Sequence record: KY555145.1
DNA length: 64,000 nucleotides
Strand: one strand, 5' to 3'
Shown: positions 8,719 to 16,987 of the stretch, in pieces
Layout of the letters: every line of letters starts with the position of its first letter
How positions within the stretch are numbered: position 1 is the first letter of the stretch
Notes under the pieces: generated by a model
Told to the model about the DNA's origin: nothing
Databases searched by the model: none
What the model saw: the letters and a program-made list of their open reading frames with translations, nothing else
Position numbers and translations under genes: made by a program

Positions 8719-10148
8719 CAGGCGATCTCGTAGCCGGCCGCGACCCGTTCGCGGATTTGGTCCAGGGTCGCCGGCTCCAGCACCTTGCCGGTGTTGAAGA
8801 CCTCGTCCAGCAGGTCGTGCTCGACCACATCGCCCTCGTGGACCGTGATGGTCTCGAAGCGGCCGTCCTCGGTCGTCACCAGGGCCAGCTTGCCCTTCTT
8901 GGAGACCTTGCCAGGATCGGTGATCGGGTCCTTGTAGATTTCGACCCACTCGCCGTTGATCTCCTGGGCCGAGGACTTCATCGCCCACTTATTGGTGTCG
9001 CGGTCCAGGTCGCCCGTCGCCAGACCGCCGCCGGCGGCCGTGATGATGCTGTCGGGCGCGACGCCGATGTTGCGGGCCAGGATGAACGGGTCCATGTGGG
9101 TGTTCTCATTCATGCCGTCGCCCTGGAGGACCTTGGCGCCCAGGTTCAGCACGTCCAGGCCGTGACTGTTCTTCTGGGTCCCGAAGCCGGCGGCCAGGGT
9201 CTGGACGACCGGCGGGATGACCTTGAAGAGATCGCCCGAGTCCGGGCGGCAGACCGGGGTCAGGCTCTTGTTGGCGATCAGTTCCTTGCGTTCGGTCAAC
9301 TTGCCGGCGAAGCGGAAGATGTCCCAGGTGTCGCCGACCAGCGAGACGATCGAGCCGGGAGGCGCCTTGTTCAGGCAGTGGTCGATATAGTCGTCGTCGT
9401 TGTCGCGGCCGAACGCGCACGAGATCGAGTGCTCCGAGGCCAGGACCGAGTAGCCCGACATCTCGCTGAAATAGTTGATATTCGCCGCCCGCACGCCAGG
9501 GACGTTATCCGAGCCCTGGAAGTGGAAGAGGTGGGCGATGCCGGCCAGGACCGAGTGGTCATAGCCCATGGTCCCCCGCGAGGAGAAATCGAGGAAGGCG
9601 AACGGCGACATCGGGGTGTCGCTGTTGGCTTCCCAGAAGCTCTTGATCCGCGAGGCGATGCCGTTGACGCGCGCGGCGATCGTCGAGGCCGTCCAGACGT
9701 CGCGCAGGATCATGGTCTCGAAGTAGGAGGTCAGCCAGGGCAGACGCGGGTCGAGGTTCTCGACCGAGATCAGCGCGTTGCGGATCGGGATCATCACGCC
9801 CTCGGGCGCGGCCTTGATCCGCAGCGGGAGATAGCCGCCGTACTCGTTCAGGATGATCTCCCAGCCGTCGCGGTTGAACGGCAGGCCGTGGGCCGGCACG
9901 AAGGCGGCCATCTCCTCGACGTCGGCGCGGGTGACCGGCTTGCCGAGCTTCTGGAAGAGCAGGCGCTGGAACGCCGCCAGCATCACCTTGGGATAGCGCC
10001 CGCCCCGGCTCTCGATGTAGCTGTAGACGGTAGTGCAGCCGTCGCGATAGAGCACCCAGTGCCCCAACTTGTAGCTGTCGGTGTCGGCGATCAGATTGTA
10101 GGTCTCGACGGGCGGCGTGCCGTCCCAGTTGGCGAGGTCAAAGGCCAT
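8718..10148 (-). CDS. nadV: nicotinamide phosphoribosyltransferase
   Basis: DTDSYKLGH, YSYIESRGG, DFSSRG, ASEHS, SLVGDTWD, RPDSGD, QGDG, DRDTNKWAMK, KDPITDPGKVSKKG. Confidence 0.92.
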   Translation of the reverse strand: MAFDLANWDGTPPVETYNLIADTDSYKLGHWVLYRDGCTTVYSYIESRGGRYPKVMLAAFQRLLFQKLGKPVTRADVEEMAAFVPAHGLPFNRDGWEIILNEYGGYLPLRIKAAPEGVMIPIRNALISVENLDPRLPWLTSYFETMILRDVWTASTIAARVNGIASRIKSFWEANSDTPMSPFAFLDFSSRGTMGYDHSVLAGIAHLFHFQGSDNVPGVRAANINYFSEMSGYSVLASEHSISCAFGRDNDDDYIDHCLNKAPPGSIVSLVGDTWDIFRFAGKLTERKELIANKSLTPVCRPDSGDLFKVIPPVVQTLAAGFGTQKNSHGLDVLNLGAKVLQGDGMNENTHMDPFILARNIGVAPDSIITAAGGGLATGDLDRDTNKWAMKSSAQEINGEWVEIYKDPITDPGKVSKKGKLALVTTEDGRFETITVHEGDVVEHDLLDEVFNTGKVLEPATLDQIRERVAAGYEIA

Positions 10149-10162
10149 GATGAGGTCCCCCT

Positions 10163-11404
10163 TTAAGCGTTGAGGCTGAGCATGCGGTCCACGATGAAGG
10201 CGTGGTCCTCGAAGGTGTCGCCGGGGTCGATCTCCGAGATCGGGTCCCAGTCGGCGGCGGCGGCGTCGTCATGGCCCTGCACGTGCGGCAGACCCAGGCC
10301 CAGAGGCGGGGGCGGCAGGACGAAGTGATAGGCCGTGGAGATGATGTGGGCGCGCCGCGAGCGGTGCGGGTCGTCGAACACCTGCGGATCGCCGATCTGA
10401 TAGCGGCGCAGCAGGTGCATCGCCTTCAGCACGCAGTCGGGCGCCGGCGGGGCGGTGGACTTGGTCTTCTCGGCCGCCTTGCACGCTTCCAGCCACGCGC
10501 GGTACTCCGGCAGATGGGCGGACGGGAGGAACAGCGCCGTCTCCTCGATCACCTCGCGCAGGCAGTTGTCCATCAGCGAGCGACCGGCGTTGACGAAGCC
10601 GCCCGGCAGGGCCTTCATCCCAAAGCCCTCGGGGCCGCCGCGCCGGATGCGCAGGATGTGACCGGCGCACTCGACGACCGCGTCCACCGCCAGGAAGGGG
10701 CCAGCGCCCCAGCGTTCGCGATAGGCGTCCTCGGCCTTCTTTTGCGACATCAGATAGGCGTATTCCGGGCGGTCCCGGAACCGCTCCAGGAAATCGATCG
10801 TGCTCGGGTAGAGGAGATCGGTCCAGGCGTAGCCGTTGTCGCTCCACGAGGTGTCGCGGAAGTTGACGGCGCCGGCGAAATAGGCCTTGCGCAGGGCGGT
10901 GGCGTTGACCCCGTTGTCCTCGACCGGGGTGTAGGGCCATTGCGGGAACCACGTCAGATACTCGCTGGTGGCGTCGCGGATGTTGCCGATCAGGGTGACG
11001 CGCGGACGCAGGACCTTGGAGGCGTTCTTGACGTGCTGCTGGACCTGGGCGATCCACTCGTTCTTCCCGTAGGGGCCGGTGTCATTGAGCGCGATCACCT
11101 CGGTGCGGCTCAGGAGATCAAGCACGAGGGCGGCGTGATCGTCCACGCGGCTCTCGACGGTCTCGGCCTCGCGGCCGGCGTCGGCCTCTTCCTGGGCCAG
11201 ATCGCTGAGCCCGTTCAGGATCATCTCCTGGCGCTCGCGGAAGGTGAAGGGGTTGCGGGTGTCGCGGGCGAGATTGGCCGAACCGACGAACCACAGGACC
11301 TTGCGAGCCTTGCGGCGCGCGGCCTGGAAGAGGCGGAAGTGACCCATCTTGGTCACCAACTGCCCCCGCGTGATCAGCACCGCGATGTCGTATTCGAAGT
11401 CCAC
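10163..11404 (-). CDS. bifunctional NMN adenylyltransferase / Nudix hydrolase (NadM-Nudix type)
   Basis: VGSAN..RDTRNPFTF.ER, NATALRK, GPFLAVDAVV, ALPGGFV..G....CLREVIEET, VFDDPHRSRR..IIS; adjacent to nadV. Confidence 0.85.
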   Translation of the reverse strand: MDFEYDIAVLITRGQLVTKMGHFRLFQAARRKARKVLWFVGSANLARDTRNPFTFRERQEMILNGLSDLAQEEADAGREAETVESRVDDHAALVLDLLSRTEVIALNDTGPYGKNEWIAQVQQHVKNASKVLRPRVTLIGNIRDATSEYLTWFPQWPYTPVEDNGVNATALRKAYFAGAVNFRDTSWSDNGYAWTDLLYPSTIDFLERFRDRPEYAYLMSQKKAEDAYRERWGAGPFLAVDAVVECAGHILRIRRGGPEGFGMKALPGGFVNAGRSLMDNCLREVIEETALFLPSAHLPEYRAWLEACKAAEKTKSTAPPAPDCVLKAMHLLRRYQIGDPQVFDDPHRSRRAHIISTAYHFVLPPPPLGLGLPHVQGHDDAAAADWDPISEIDPGDTFEDHAFIVDRMLSLNA

Positions 11405-11832
11405 TATCGCTTACCCCTCATTCTGAAGCCGGGTCGGATGCGCCGGATCGGCTTGTTCTCGTCCAAGGAGCGACCTCCATAGCCGCTCAACTCGCTAAAA
11501 CCGTTCATACGCACCGCGAACCGGCGCGTCTTGACGGTCAACTGGTCGCGCACGAAATCGCGCTCGACCAGGGTCAGGTCGATGACGTCGCCGAACACCT
11601 CCCCGTGGAAGATGCGCCGCCGCGCCCAGGCGATCGCCGCCCCGAGGTGCGGAAATTCCCGGTGCCGCTCGGCGTCCCGGATCGAGACGCCGTCGGCATA
11701 GCTGGCGTCAACCCAGTCCAGCTTGACCTCGCGGCGTGGCGCGGTCACCTTCTTGAACTCGATCGGCGGCGACGGTTGGCCTAGACCCCCCGTCTCGATG
11801 TCAAAAACCGCGTAGGTGATTGTCTCCGTCAT
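11404..11832 (-). CDS. hypothetical protein
   Basis: first gene after promoter; GAGG RBS. Confidence 0.65.
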   Translation of the reverse strand: MTETITYAVFDIETGGLGQPSPPIEFKKVTAPRREVKLDWVDASYADGVSIRDAERHREFPHLGAAIAWARRRIFHGEVFGDVIDLTLVERDFVRDQLTVKTRRFAVRMNGFSELSGYGGRSLDENKPIRRIRPGFRMRGKR

Positions 11833-11840
11833 GCCTCGCG

Positions 11841-11873
11841 ACACTACGCTTTGGGTTCTTGTATTGTCAACAC
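11841..11873 (-). promoter_or_regulatory. repeated-family promoter (no leader box)
   Basis: GTGTTGACA-N18-TAGTGT. Confidence 0.65.
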
Positions 11874-11874
11874 A

Positions 11875-12348
11875 TCACTTCAGGAGCTTGAGGACGGGGG
11901 CGTGATATTTGAACCCCGCCTCGCTGATCGGCCCCACGCCCACGAAGGTGATGGTCGGCTTGTCGAACACCGTGCGGCCCGCGTCGAGGACTAGGGTCGC
12001 GCCGGCATGGTCGCGGAACCGCTCATAGAGGGCTTCCAACTCGGCGCTGGTCCCGGTGTGGAGCGCGATCTTCACGGCCGACTGCGAGTAGCGGTACTGC
12101 CGCGCGATCCTGGGGAACCGCTCCATGGCGTCCCACCACGCATGCAGGTAGGCGTGGCCGGCCTGAGCCGCGAGCTTGCCCAGGTTGAGGGATTTTTCGT
12201 CCGGCTTGCGGCGGTTCTTTGCCACGGTCATCGCGTCGAGCGCGTCCTGGCTCACGATGGCGTAGAGGCGCAGTTCGGCCTCGGGCTTGCCAGCGAAGAC
12301 CGCCATCAGTGAGTCCCAGGCGTTGCGCCATGCGTCGATCAGGTTCAT
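11875..12348 (-). CDS. peptidyl-tRNA hydrolase, Pth2 family
   Basis: GKLAAQAGHA, KIAL, VLDAGRTVF...TITFVGVGP. Confidence 0.88.
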   Translation of the reverse strand: MNLIDAWRNAWDSLMAVFAGKPEAELRLYAIVSQDALDAMTVAKNRRKPDEKSLNLGKLAAQAGHAYLHAWWDAMERFPRIARQYRYSQSAVKIALHTGTSAELEALYERFRDHAGATLVLDAGRTVFDKPTITFVGVGPISEAGFKYHAPVLKLLK

Positions 12349-12788
12349 GAAAAGCGGCTTTCGTAGGAGGCCTCCAGGGCGATCGCCGCGTCAAAGGCGA
12401 CGTCGATGAGGTCCTCGTGTATGAGAACATCGAAGGAGCGGTCGACCCGGAGGGCGAACTGGGCTTCCATCGAGCGGTTGAAGGCCAGGAGGTCCTTGTG
12501 GAGCCCCGCCATGCGGTCCAGGAGCTTGATCGCGTAGACGTCCGGCCCGAAGGTCCCCCGCGTCTGATGCAGGCGCTTCTTGACGTCGTTGATCGTCTCC
12601 CAGGACTTGACCTTCAAGTCCTCCATGAGGTCGGCCTGCTGCTCGACCCGGATCAGGTGACGCAGCAGGCGCCGGAGCCGGGCCTGGATTTGATCAGGCG
12701 GGGCCGACGGCGGAGGAGCGCGACACTCCTCCGCCTCGGTGGCGATCATCTGCCGCGCCCGGTTGACGCAGTCGAGGATCGAAGCCAT
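12345..12788 (-). CDS. hypothetical helical protein
   Basis: ORF in operon with overlapping start/stop codons. Confidence 0.65.
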   Translation of the reverse strand: MASILDCVNRARQMIATEAEECRAPPPSAPPDQIQARLRRLLRHLIRVEQQADLMEDLKVKSWETINDVKKRLHQTRGTFGPDVYAIKLLDRMAGLHKDLLAFNRSMEAQFALRVDRSFDVLIHEDLIDVAFDAAIALEASYESRFS

Positions 12789-13213
12789 CAGCCCTCGGCG
12801 GCCGGCGCTTCCGGCTCAGCGGTGGTCTTGCCCTTGCCCCTGCTCGCCGGCGCGGCCTGGGCTTCTTCCGCCGCCGGCTCGGCGATGGGCGCGGGGGCTT
12901 CCACCACCGGTTCGGCGTCCGCAGCCGCCTCGACCGGCGTGTAGTCGGCCTCGAACGCGGCCGGCTTCAGGATGGCGATCTCGTAGGCGTCCTCGCCGCG
13001 CGGGATGCGGACGATGTAGTCGTCCTGGGTCGCCGAGGCGATCTGGCCGTTGATCGGGACCAGGAGCTTGCCGACGGCGTCCTTGCCGACGTGCATGGTC
13101 CCCATGGCGGTGTAGCCCGAGTGCTGGGTCAGCCACGCCGGCAGGTCTTCCAGGCGCTGGAAGCTGTACTGGACGGCGTCCACGGTCACCGGTTGGCGGA
13201 TATACTGGGTCAT
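12788..13213 (-). CDS. conserved phage hypothetical protein
   Basis: Y..QPVTVDAVQY ... DDYIV ... FEADY pattern common in phages. Confidence 0.7.
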   Translation of the reverse strand: MTQYIRQPVTVDAVQYSFQRLEDLPAWLTQHSGYTAMGTMHVGKDAVGKLLVPINGQIASATQDDYIVRIPRGEDAYEIAILKPAAFEADYTPVEAAADAEPVVEAPAPIAEPAAEEAQAAPASRGKGKTTAEPEAPAAEG

Positions 13214-13812
13214 GCGGTCTCCTGCTGGAGGTTAGCCGGCGCCGGGATGGCGTCGGAAAGGGCTTGCTCGACCAGGGTCAGGATGTCCGTGACGAGCTTG
13301 GGATTGAGGTCGGGCTCGGTGAGCGCGGCGGCCAGGGCGTTGATCCGGAACCACGTCGGGTCGGCGTGCGGGATCAGATTGAGATTGTGCAGGTGCAGCA
13401 GCGTCGAGCCGTGGGAGGCGGTCCGCTCCGAAAGCTCGCGCAGCACGCGGGCGCCGGCGAGTTGGTCGGCCAGGACCTTGATCACGCTGCCCGAGGGAGC
13501 CAGGAGCAGGCGCATCCAGTCGCCGTTCGGATCGTCGGCTTGGCGCAGGTCCGGATGGTCCAGCGTCTTGCCCCAGATCACCTCGTGCGCCTTGGCGGCC
13601 AGCGAGCGGCGGCGGCGGGCGAGGTCTTCGGCGTCCTTGGCGGCGCGCAGGCTGGACAGCGTCGTGGCGATCAACACCGAGGGAAAGAGCGCGACGACGA
13701 AGAACGCGGCGCGCTCAAGCGGCGAGGCGTGCGAAGCCACGATATTCATGGCCGTGCCGATCAGCACCGTCGGATAGATCAAGCCGCCGTGGCGCTGGAT
13801 GAACGAGATCAT
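13210..13812 (-). CDS. membrane protein (2 N-terminal TM segments)
   Basis: hydrophobic segments at ~aa 10-27 and 35-52; first gene after promoter. Confidence 0.65.
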   Translation of the reverse strand: MISFIQRHGGLIYPTVLIGTAMNIVASHASPLERAAFFVVALFPSVLIATTLSSLRAAKDAEDLARRRRSLAAKAHEVIWGKTLDHPDLRQADDPNGDWMRLLLAPSGSVIKVLADQLAGARVLRELSERTASHGSTLLHLHNLNLIPHADPTWFRINALAAALTEPDLNPKLVTDILTLVEQALSDAIPAPANLQQETA

Positions 13813-13813
13813 G

Positions 13814-13876
13814 AAAAGGGCCTCCGGCGTTGTCGTCGGAGGCCCTTCTAGCGAGTCGGTGTCAGGCTGTCAACAC
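13814..13876 (-). promoter_or_regulatory. repeated-family promoter overlapping a terminator hairpin whose loop is the leader box
   Basis: TTGACA-N17-TAGAAG; GGGCCTCCG-ACGACAACGC-CGGAGGCCC-TTTT. Confidence 0.8.
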
Positions 13877-13889
13877 ATGTCAGCCAGGA

Positions 13890-14501
13890 TCAGGCGGCGT
13901 TCGTCACCAGGGTTTCCAGGCGGTCAAAGCCCAGGTCGAGGCGGCCCCACATCGACGAGGGCGTATGCGGCTTGACCACCTCGGTGAACCGCGCGCGCTC
14001 CTTCAGATACATGCGGGCCATGGGGATGTTCGGCTGGCCGGTCGCCGGGTCCTTGATCGAGGCCTCGACATTGGCGATCCGGTCGGCGAGCTTGAGGATG
14101 CAGGCCTTGGGGTGCTCGCCCAGCTTGCGATAGATGTCCTCGTTGCGGGCCTTGCGGTTGGGGCCAATGCCCGAGACCGCCCAGACCAGCGCCGCGACGT
14201 CCTCGCCGAACTTTTCCTTGATCATCTCCAGCCGCTGCTCGGGCGTCATGTCGAGATGGGTGTCCTCGATCACGTCATGCAGCTTGGCGGCGGCCGTCCA
14301 GGTAAAGCCCAGGAACCCGTAATCGTCGAGGATGCGCTCGACCTTCTGGAGGTGATAGAGATAGGGCTGGCCGGCGTACTTCTGGTCCCCGTGGGCGACG
14401 ATGGCGAATTCCGTCGGGTCTTCCTGGCGCAGCGGCGCGCCCGGCGCCGTCGGGAGGCCGGTCAGGATGGAGGCGAGTTGGTCGAGCGAGGCGTCAGACA
14501 T
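13890..14501 (-). CDS. HD-domain hydrolase, RelA/SpoT small alarmone hydrolase-like
   Basis: AH.DQKY.GQPYLYHL, AAKLHDVIEDT, LKLADRIAN. Confidence 0.8.
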   Translation of the reverse strand: MSDASLDQLASILTGLPTAPGAPLRQEDPTEFAIVAHGDQKYAGQPYLYHLQKVERILDDYGFLGFTWTAAAKLHDVIEDTHLDMTPEQRLEMIKEKFGEDVAALVWAVSGIGPNRKARNEDIYRKLGEHPKACILKLADRIANVEASIKDPATGQPNIPMARMYLKERARFTEVVKPHTPSSMWGRLDLGFDRLETLVTNAA

Positions 14502-14907
14502 GGGGCTTCTCGGAGATCGGAGTGAAGACTTCCAGGCCGTCGACGACCTGCATCAGATGCGTCGGCGGGTGGGCGGGATTGTAGCGGATGTAGCCGGCGA
14601 GGCCGCCGTCGATCATCGCCCCGCCCCGCTCCTTGTAGTCGTGCCGGAAGCGCGAGACCAGGAACGAGCCGTCAGGCATCTCGATCGCCGAGAACTGGGC
14701 CTGTCGGATCGAGGCCGCCGAGGTGATGTAGAGCCCGCCGTTCAGGGGATGGGTGAAGAGCCCGAAGTAGTTGTCGTGGCCCTTCTCGCGGTCCGGCGTC
14801 TCGGTGTAGAAGACGTGGAACGGCCCCTCACGATCGGGCAGGTCGTAATAGCCGACGTACTTGGCGTTGTAGTACTTTTCGGCCCCGGCGATGTTGATGC
14901 TGCTCAT
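14494..14907 (-). CDS. conserved phage hypothetical protein
   Basis: ATGA overlap; aromatic-rich 137 aa. Confidence 0.65.
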   Translation of the reverse strand: MSSINIAGAEKYYNAKYVGYYDLPDREGPFHVFYTETPDREKGHDNYFGLFTHPLNGGLYITSAASIRQAQFSAIEMPDGSFLVSRFRHDYKERGGAMIDGGLAGYIRYNPAHPPTHLMQVVDGLEVFTPISEKPHV

Positions 14908-15407
14908 GCGACCCTCAGGAATTCTCCCCAGGCGGGGAGGGCGTGCTTCAGATAGGCGGCGTGCGCCTCGTCCGGCGTCGTGTAGCACCCAAGATAGCGG
15001 TACACCCCGTTGATCGTGACCTGGGCCTGGAACGGCTTCGTCTTGCTCCGGCTCTTGGTCACGCCCTTGGGAAGCGCGCCGACGTTCGGGCGGTTCACGA
15101 GGTTCTGGGACCGCGTCGCCTTCCGGAGGTTCTTGATCCGATTGTTGCGCCGGTTCAAGTCCTTGTGGTCGACGTCGTGATCGGGCATCACCCCGTGATG
15201 GATCGCCCAGGCCACCTTGTGGGCGGCGATTTGAATTCGCCGGCCGCCATAGGAGACCTTCATCACTCGATAGCCGTCCTTGGTCACCGAGCCGCAGCGC
15301 TTGCGGGACTTGGAGCCCCGCACGGTGATGGCGCCGGTGGCGGGATCGTACTTGTAGCGCGCCCGGAGGAAGTCGACCGGGATCGAAAACTCTGCATCCC
15401 CCGACAT
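14904..15407 (-). CDS. HNH homing endonuclease with AP2-like DNA-binding domain
   Basis: AHKVAWAIHHG..P.HDVDHKDLNRRNNRI.NLR.AT..QN; YLGCY.T.DEAH.AY. Confidence 0.88.
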   Translation of the reverse strand: MSGDAEFSIPVDFLRARYKYDPATGAITVRGSKSRKRCGSVTKDGYRVMKVSYGGRRIQIAAHKVAWAIHHGVMPDHDVDHKDLNRRNNRIKNLRKATRSQNLVNRPNVGALPKGVTKSRSKTKPFQAQVTINGVYRYLGCYTTPDEAHAAYLKHALPAWGEFLRVA

Positions 15408-15411
15408 AGGA

Positions 15412-15651
15412 TTAGTCCTTCTGGGCGTGCCGCTTGAAGAGGAGGTAGAAGCCGTAGGCGACGAGCACCGGAATCCAGAGCAGGATCAGGGCCACAGTCT
15501 GACCGAGGGTCATGAAGAAGAACGCGGTCTTCCAGTCGTTGTTGTACTGGTTGTCGCGCACCGCATGGACTTTCGGATAGTCGATCGCATAGCGGTAGCC
15601 GGCGCGCGCGAGGCCCAGAAGCAGGCCGATGATGAAGTAGAGATCGGTCAT
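15412..15651 (-). CDS. small membrane protein
   Basis: two hydrophobic segments. Confidence 0.6.
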   Translation of the reverse strand: MTDLYFIIGLLLGLARAGYRYAIDYPKVHAVRDNQYNNDWKTAFFFMTLGQTVALILLWIPVLVAYGFYLLFKRHAQKD

Positions 15652-15654
15652 GGC

Positions 15655-15921
15655 TTACTTCTCCGAGGCCTCGATCATCTTCTGGGCGCCGGCGTTCAGC
15701 TTCTTGCGCAGGAGCCAGAAGACCGGAATCCAGAACAGGGCGAACAGGCTGGCGGGCCAGAGGGCGCCGAGGACCAGACCGGTGATGAAGACGAACCAGC
15801 CGTAGATGCCGAATTCGTCGAGGGTCCTGATCCCCATCTCGCGGACGAAGGTCGGGACGATGGCCGCGCCGGCGACCCACCATCCGATGGCCAGGAAAAG
15901 GCCGACGAGCCAGTAGAACAT
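15655..15921 (-). CDS. small membrane protein
   Basis: hydrophobic segments. Confidence 0.6.
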   Translation of the reverse strand: MFYWLVGLFLAIGWWVAGAAIVPTFVREMGIRTLDEFGIYGWFVFITGLVLGALWPASLFALFWIPVFWLLRKKLNAGAQKMIEASEK

Positions 15922-16223
15922 CAGGGTTGTTCCTTCTCAAGACCCACGTCGGGGTCGTATTTCAGGATGACGCCGTCCTCGTTCCGGTGCTCCATCAGCG
16001 GGAACCCCGAGACGAACTGCGGCACGAAGAGGTCGCGGCGCGGCTGCTGGAGCCAGATCAGGCCGGTCTCGGCGACCACCGCGCGCTCGGCCGGGGTAAG
16101 CTCCCAGCAGGAGATCACGCCCTCGGGACCGGTGTAGGTGTGGAGCGGCGCGACCGTGTCCTCGTTCCCCGGAGCGGGGTTCCAGACCTTGTTGGCGCCG
16201 GCGAAGTTACGAGGGACGGCCAT
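15921..16223 (-). CDS. conserved phage hypothetical protein
   Basis: VISCWELTPAER..VAETG.IWL pattern. Confidence 0.65.
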   Translation of the reverse strand: MAVPRNFAGANKVWNPAPGNEDTVAPLHTYTGPEGVISCWELTPAERAVVAETGLIWLQQPRRDLFVPQFVSGFPLMEHRNEDGVILKYDPDVGLEKEQP

Positions 16224-16458
16224 CGGCGTTCTTGCCCTTGTTGACGAAATACCAGATCGCCAGGGCGATCAGGAAGCCGGGGACGCCCAGCGGCCATGCG
16301 ATGGCCATGCCCAGCGCGGTGAAGAAGCCCAGCGCCACCGCGCCCGCCGCGTCGGCGAGCTTCAGGACCCCGGTGCGGCTTTCGTGCTTGATCGTCCAGA
16401 TGGTCGCGATAAGGCCGCTGACCACGCCCAGGATGATCGAGAAGATGATGTAATTCAA
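16207..16458 (-). CDS. small membrane protein
   Basis: TTG start overlapping upstream TGA; 2-3 TM segments. Confidence 0.55.
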   Translation of the reverse strand: MNYIIFSIILGVVSGLIATIWTIKHESRTGVLKLADAAGAVALGFFTALGMAIAWPLGVPGFLIALAIWYFVNKGKNADGRPS

Positions 16459-16838
16459 AGCAGACCCGCCGCCTGCTTGGCGGCCTCCTTGGCGCGGACC
16501 TTGTCGGGAGACAGGCTCTTCACGCGGTTGATCTCGTCGGCCTCGCAGCCGTCGGCGCTGATGCCGAGATTTTCGCAGAGGGTGTAGAGCGACAGCAGCA
16601 GGCCGCCGACCTCTTCCTTGACCTCGCCGACCGGGCGGCTGTAGGTCCAGTGCGCCTGCCGGATCACGTCCTCCAGGCTCAGGCCCTGGGTCTGGACGAG
16701 TTCCATGCACTCCTCCAGGGTGCGGAAGGCCTGGATGCGTCGGTTGAAGACGCGGCCCGTCAGGACCTCCTCGACCCACTTCCAGCACCACGTCTGGCGC
16801 TTGGCCCGGTGCTCATGACAGGCGTCGACCTCGGTCAC
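16455..16838 (-). CDS. MazG-like all-alpha NTP pyrophosphohydrolase
   Basis: RTLEECMELVQ ... KEEVGG acidic pairs; GTG start. Confidence 0.55.
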   Translation of the reverse strand: MTEVDACHEHRAKRQTWCWKWVEEVLTGRVFNRRIQAFRTLEECMELVQTQGLSLEDVIRQAHWTYSRPVGEVKEEVGGLLLSLYTLCENLGISADGCEADEINRVKSLSPDKVRAKEAAKQAAGLL

Positions 16839-16984
16839 GATTTTCTCCAGTCGAACAGCGCCCAGAAGGCTTGGCGGGTGTCCCTGGTCCAGGACCAGGG
16901 ACGGATCGCCAGGGTGGAAAGAACGAGGGCGAAGATGACGTAGCCAATCGCGACCCGAGCCAGGATGTCCAGGAAGACCCCCAT
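16835..16984 (-). CDS. small membrane protein (49 aa)
   Basis: MGVFLDILARVAIGYVIFALV...; GTGA overlap. Confidence 0.5.
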   Translation of the reverse strand: MGVFLDILARVAIGYVIFALVLSTLAIRPWSWTRDTRQAFWALFDWRKS

Positions 16985-16987
16985 GGC

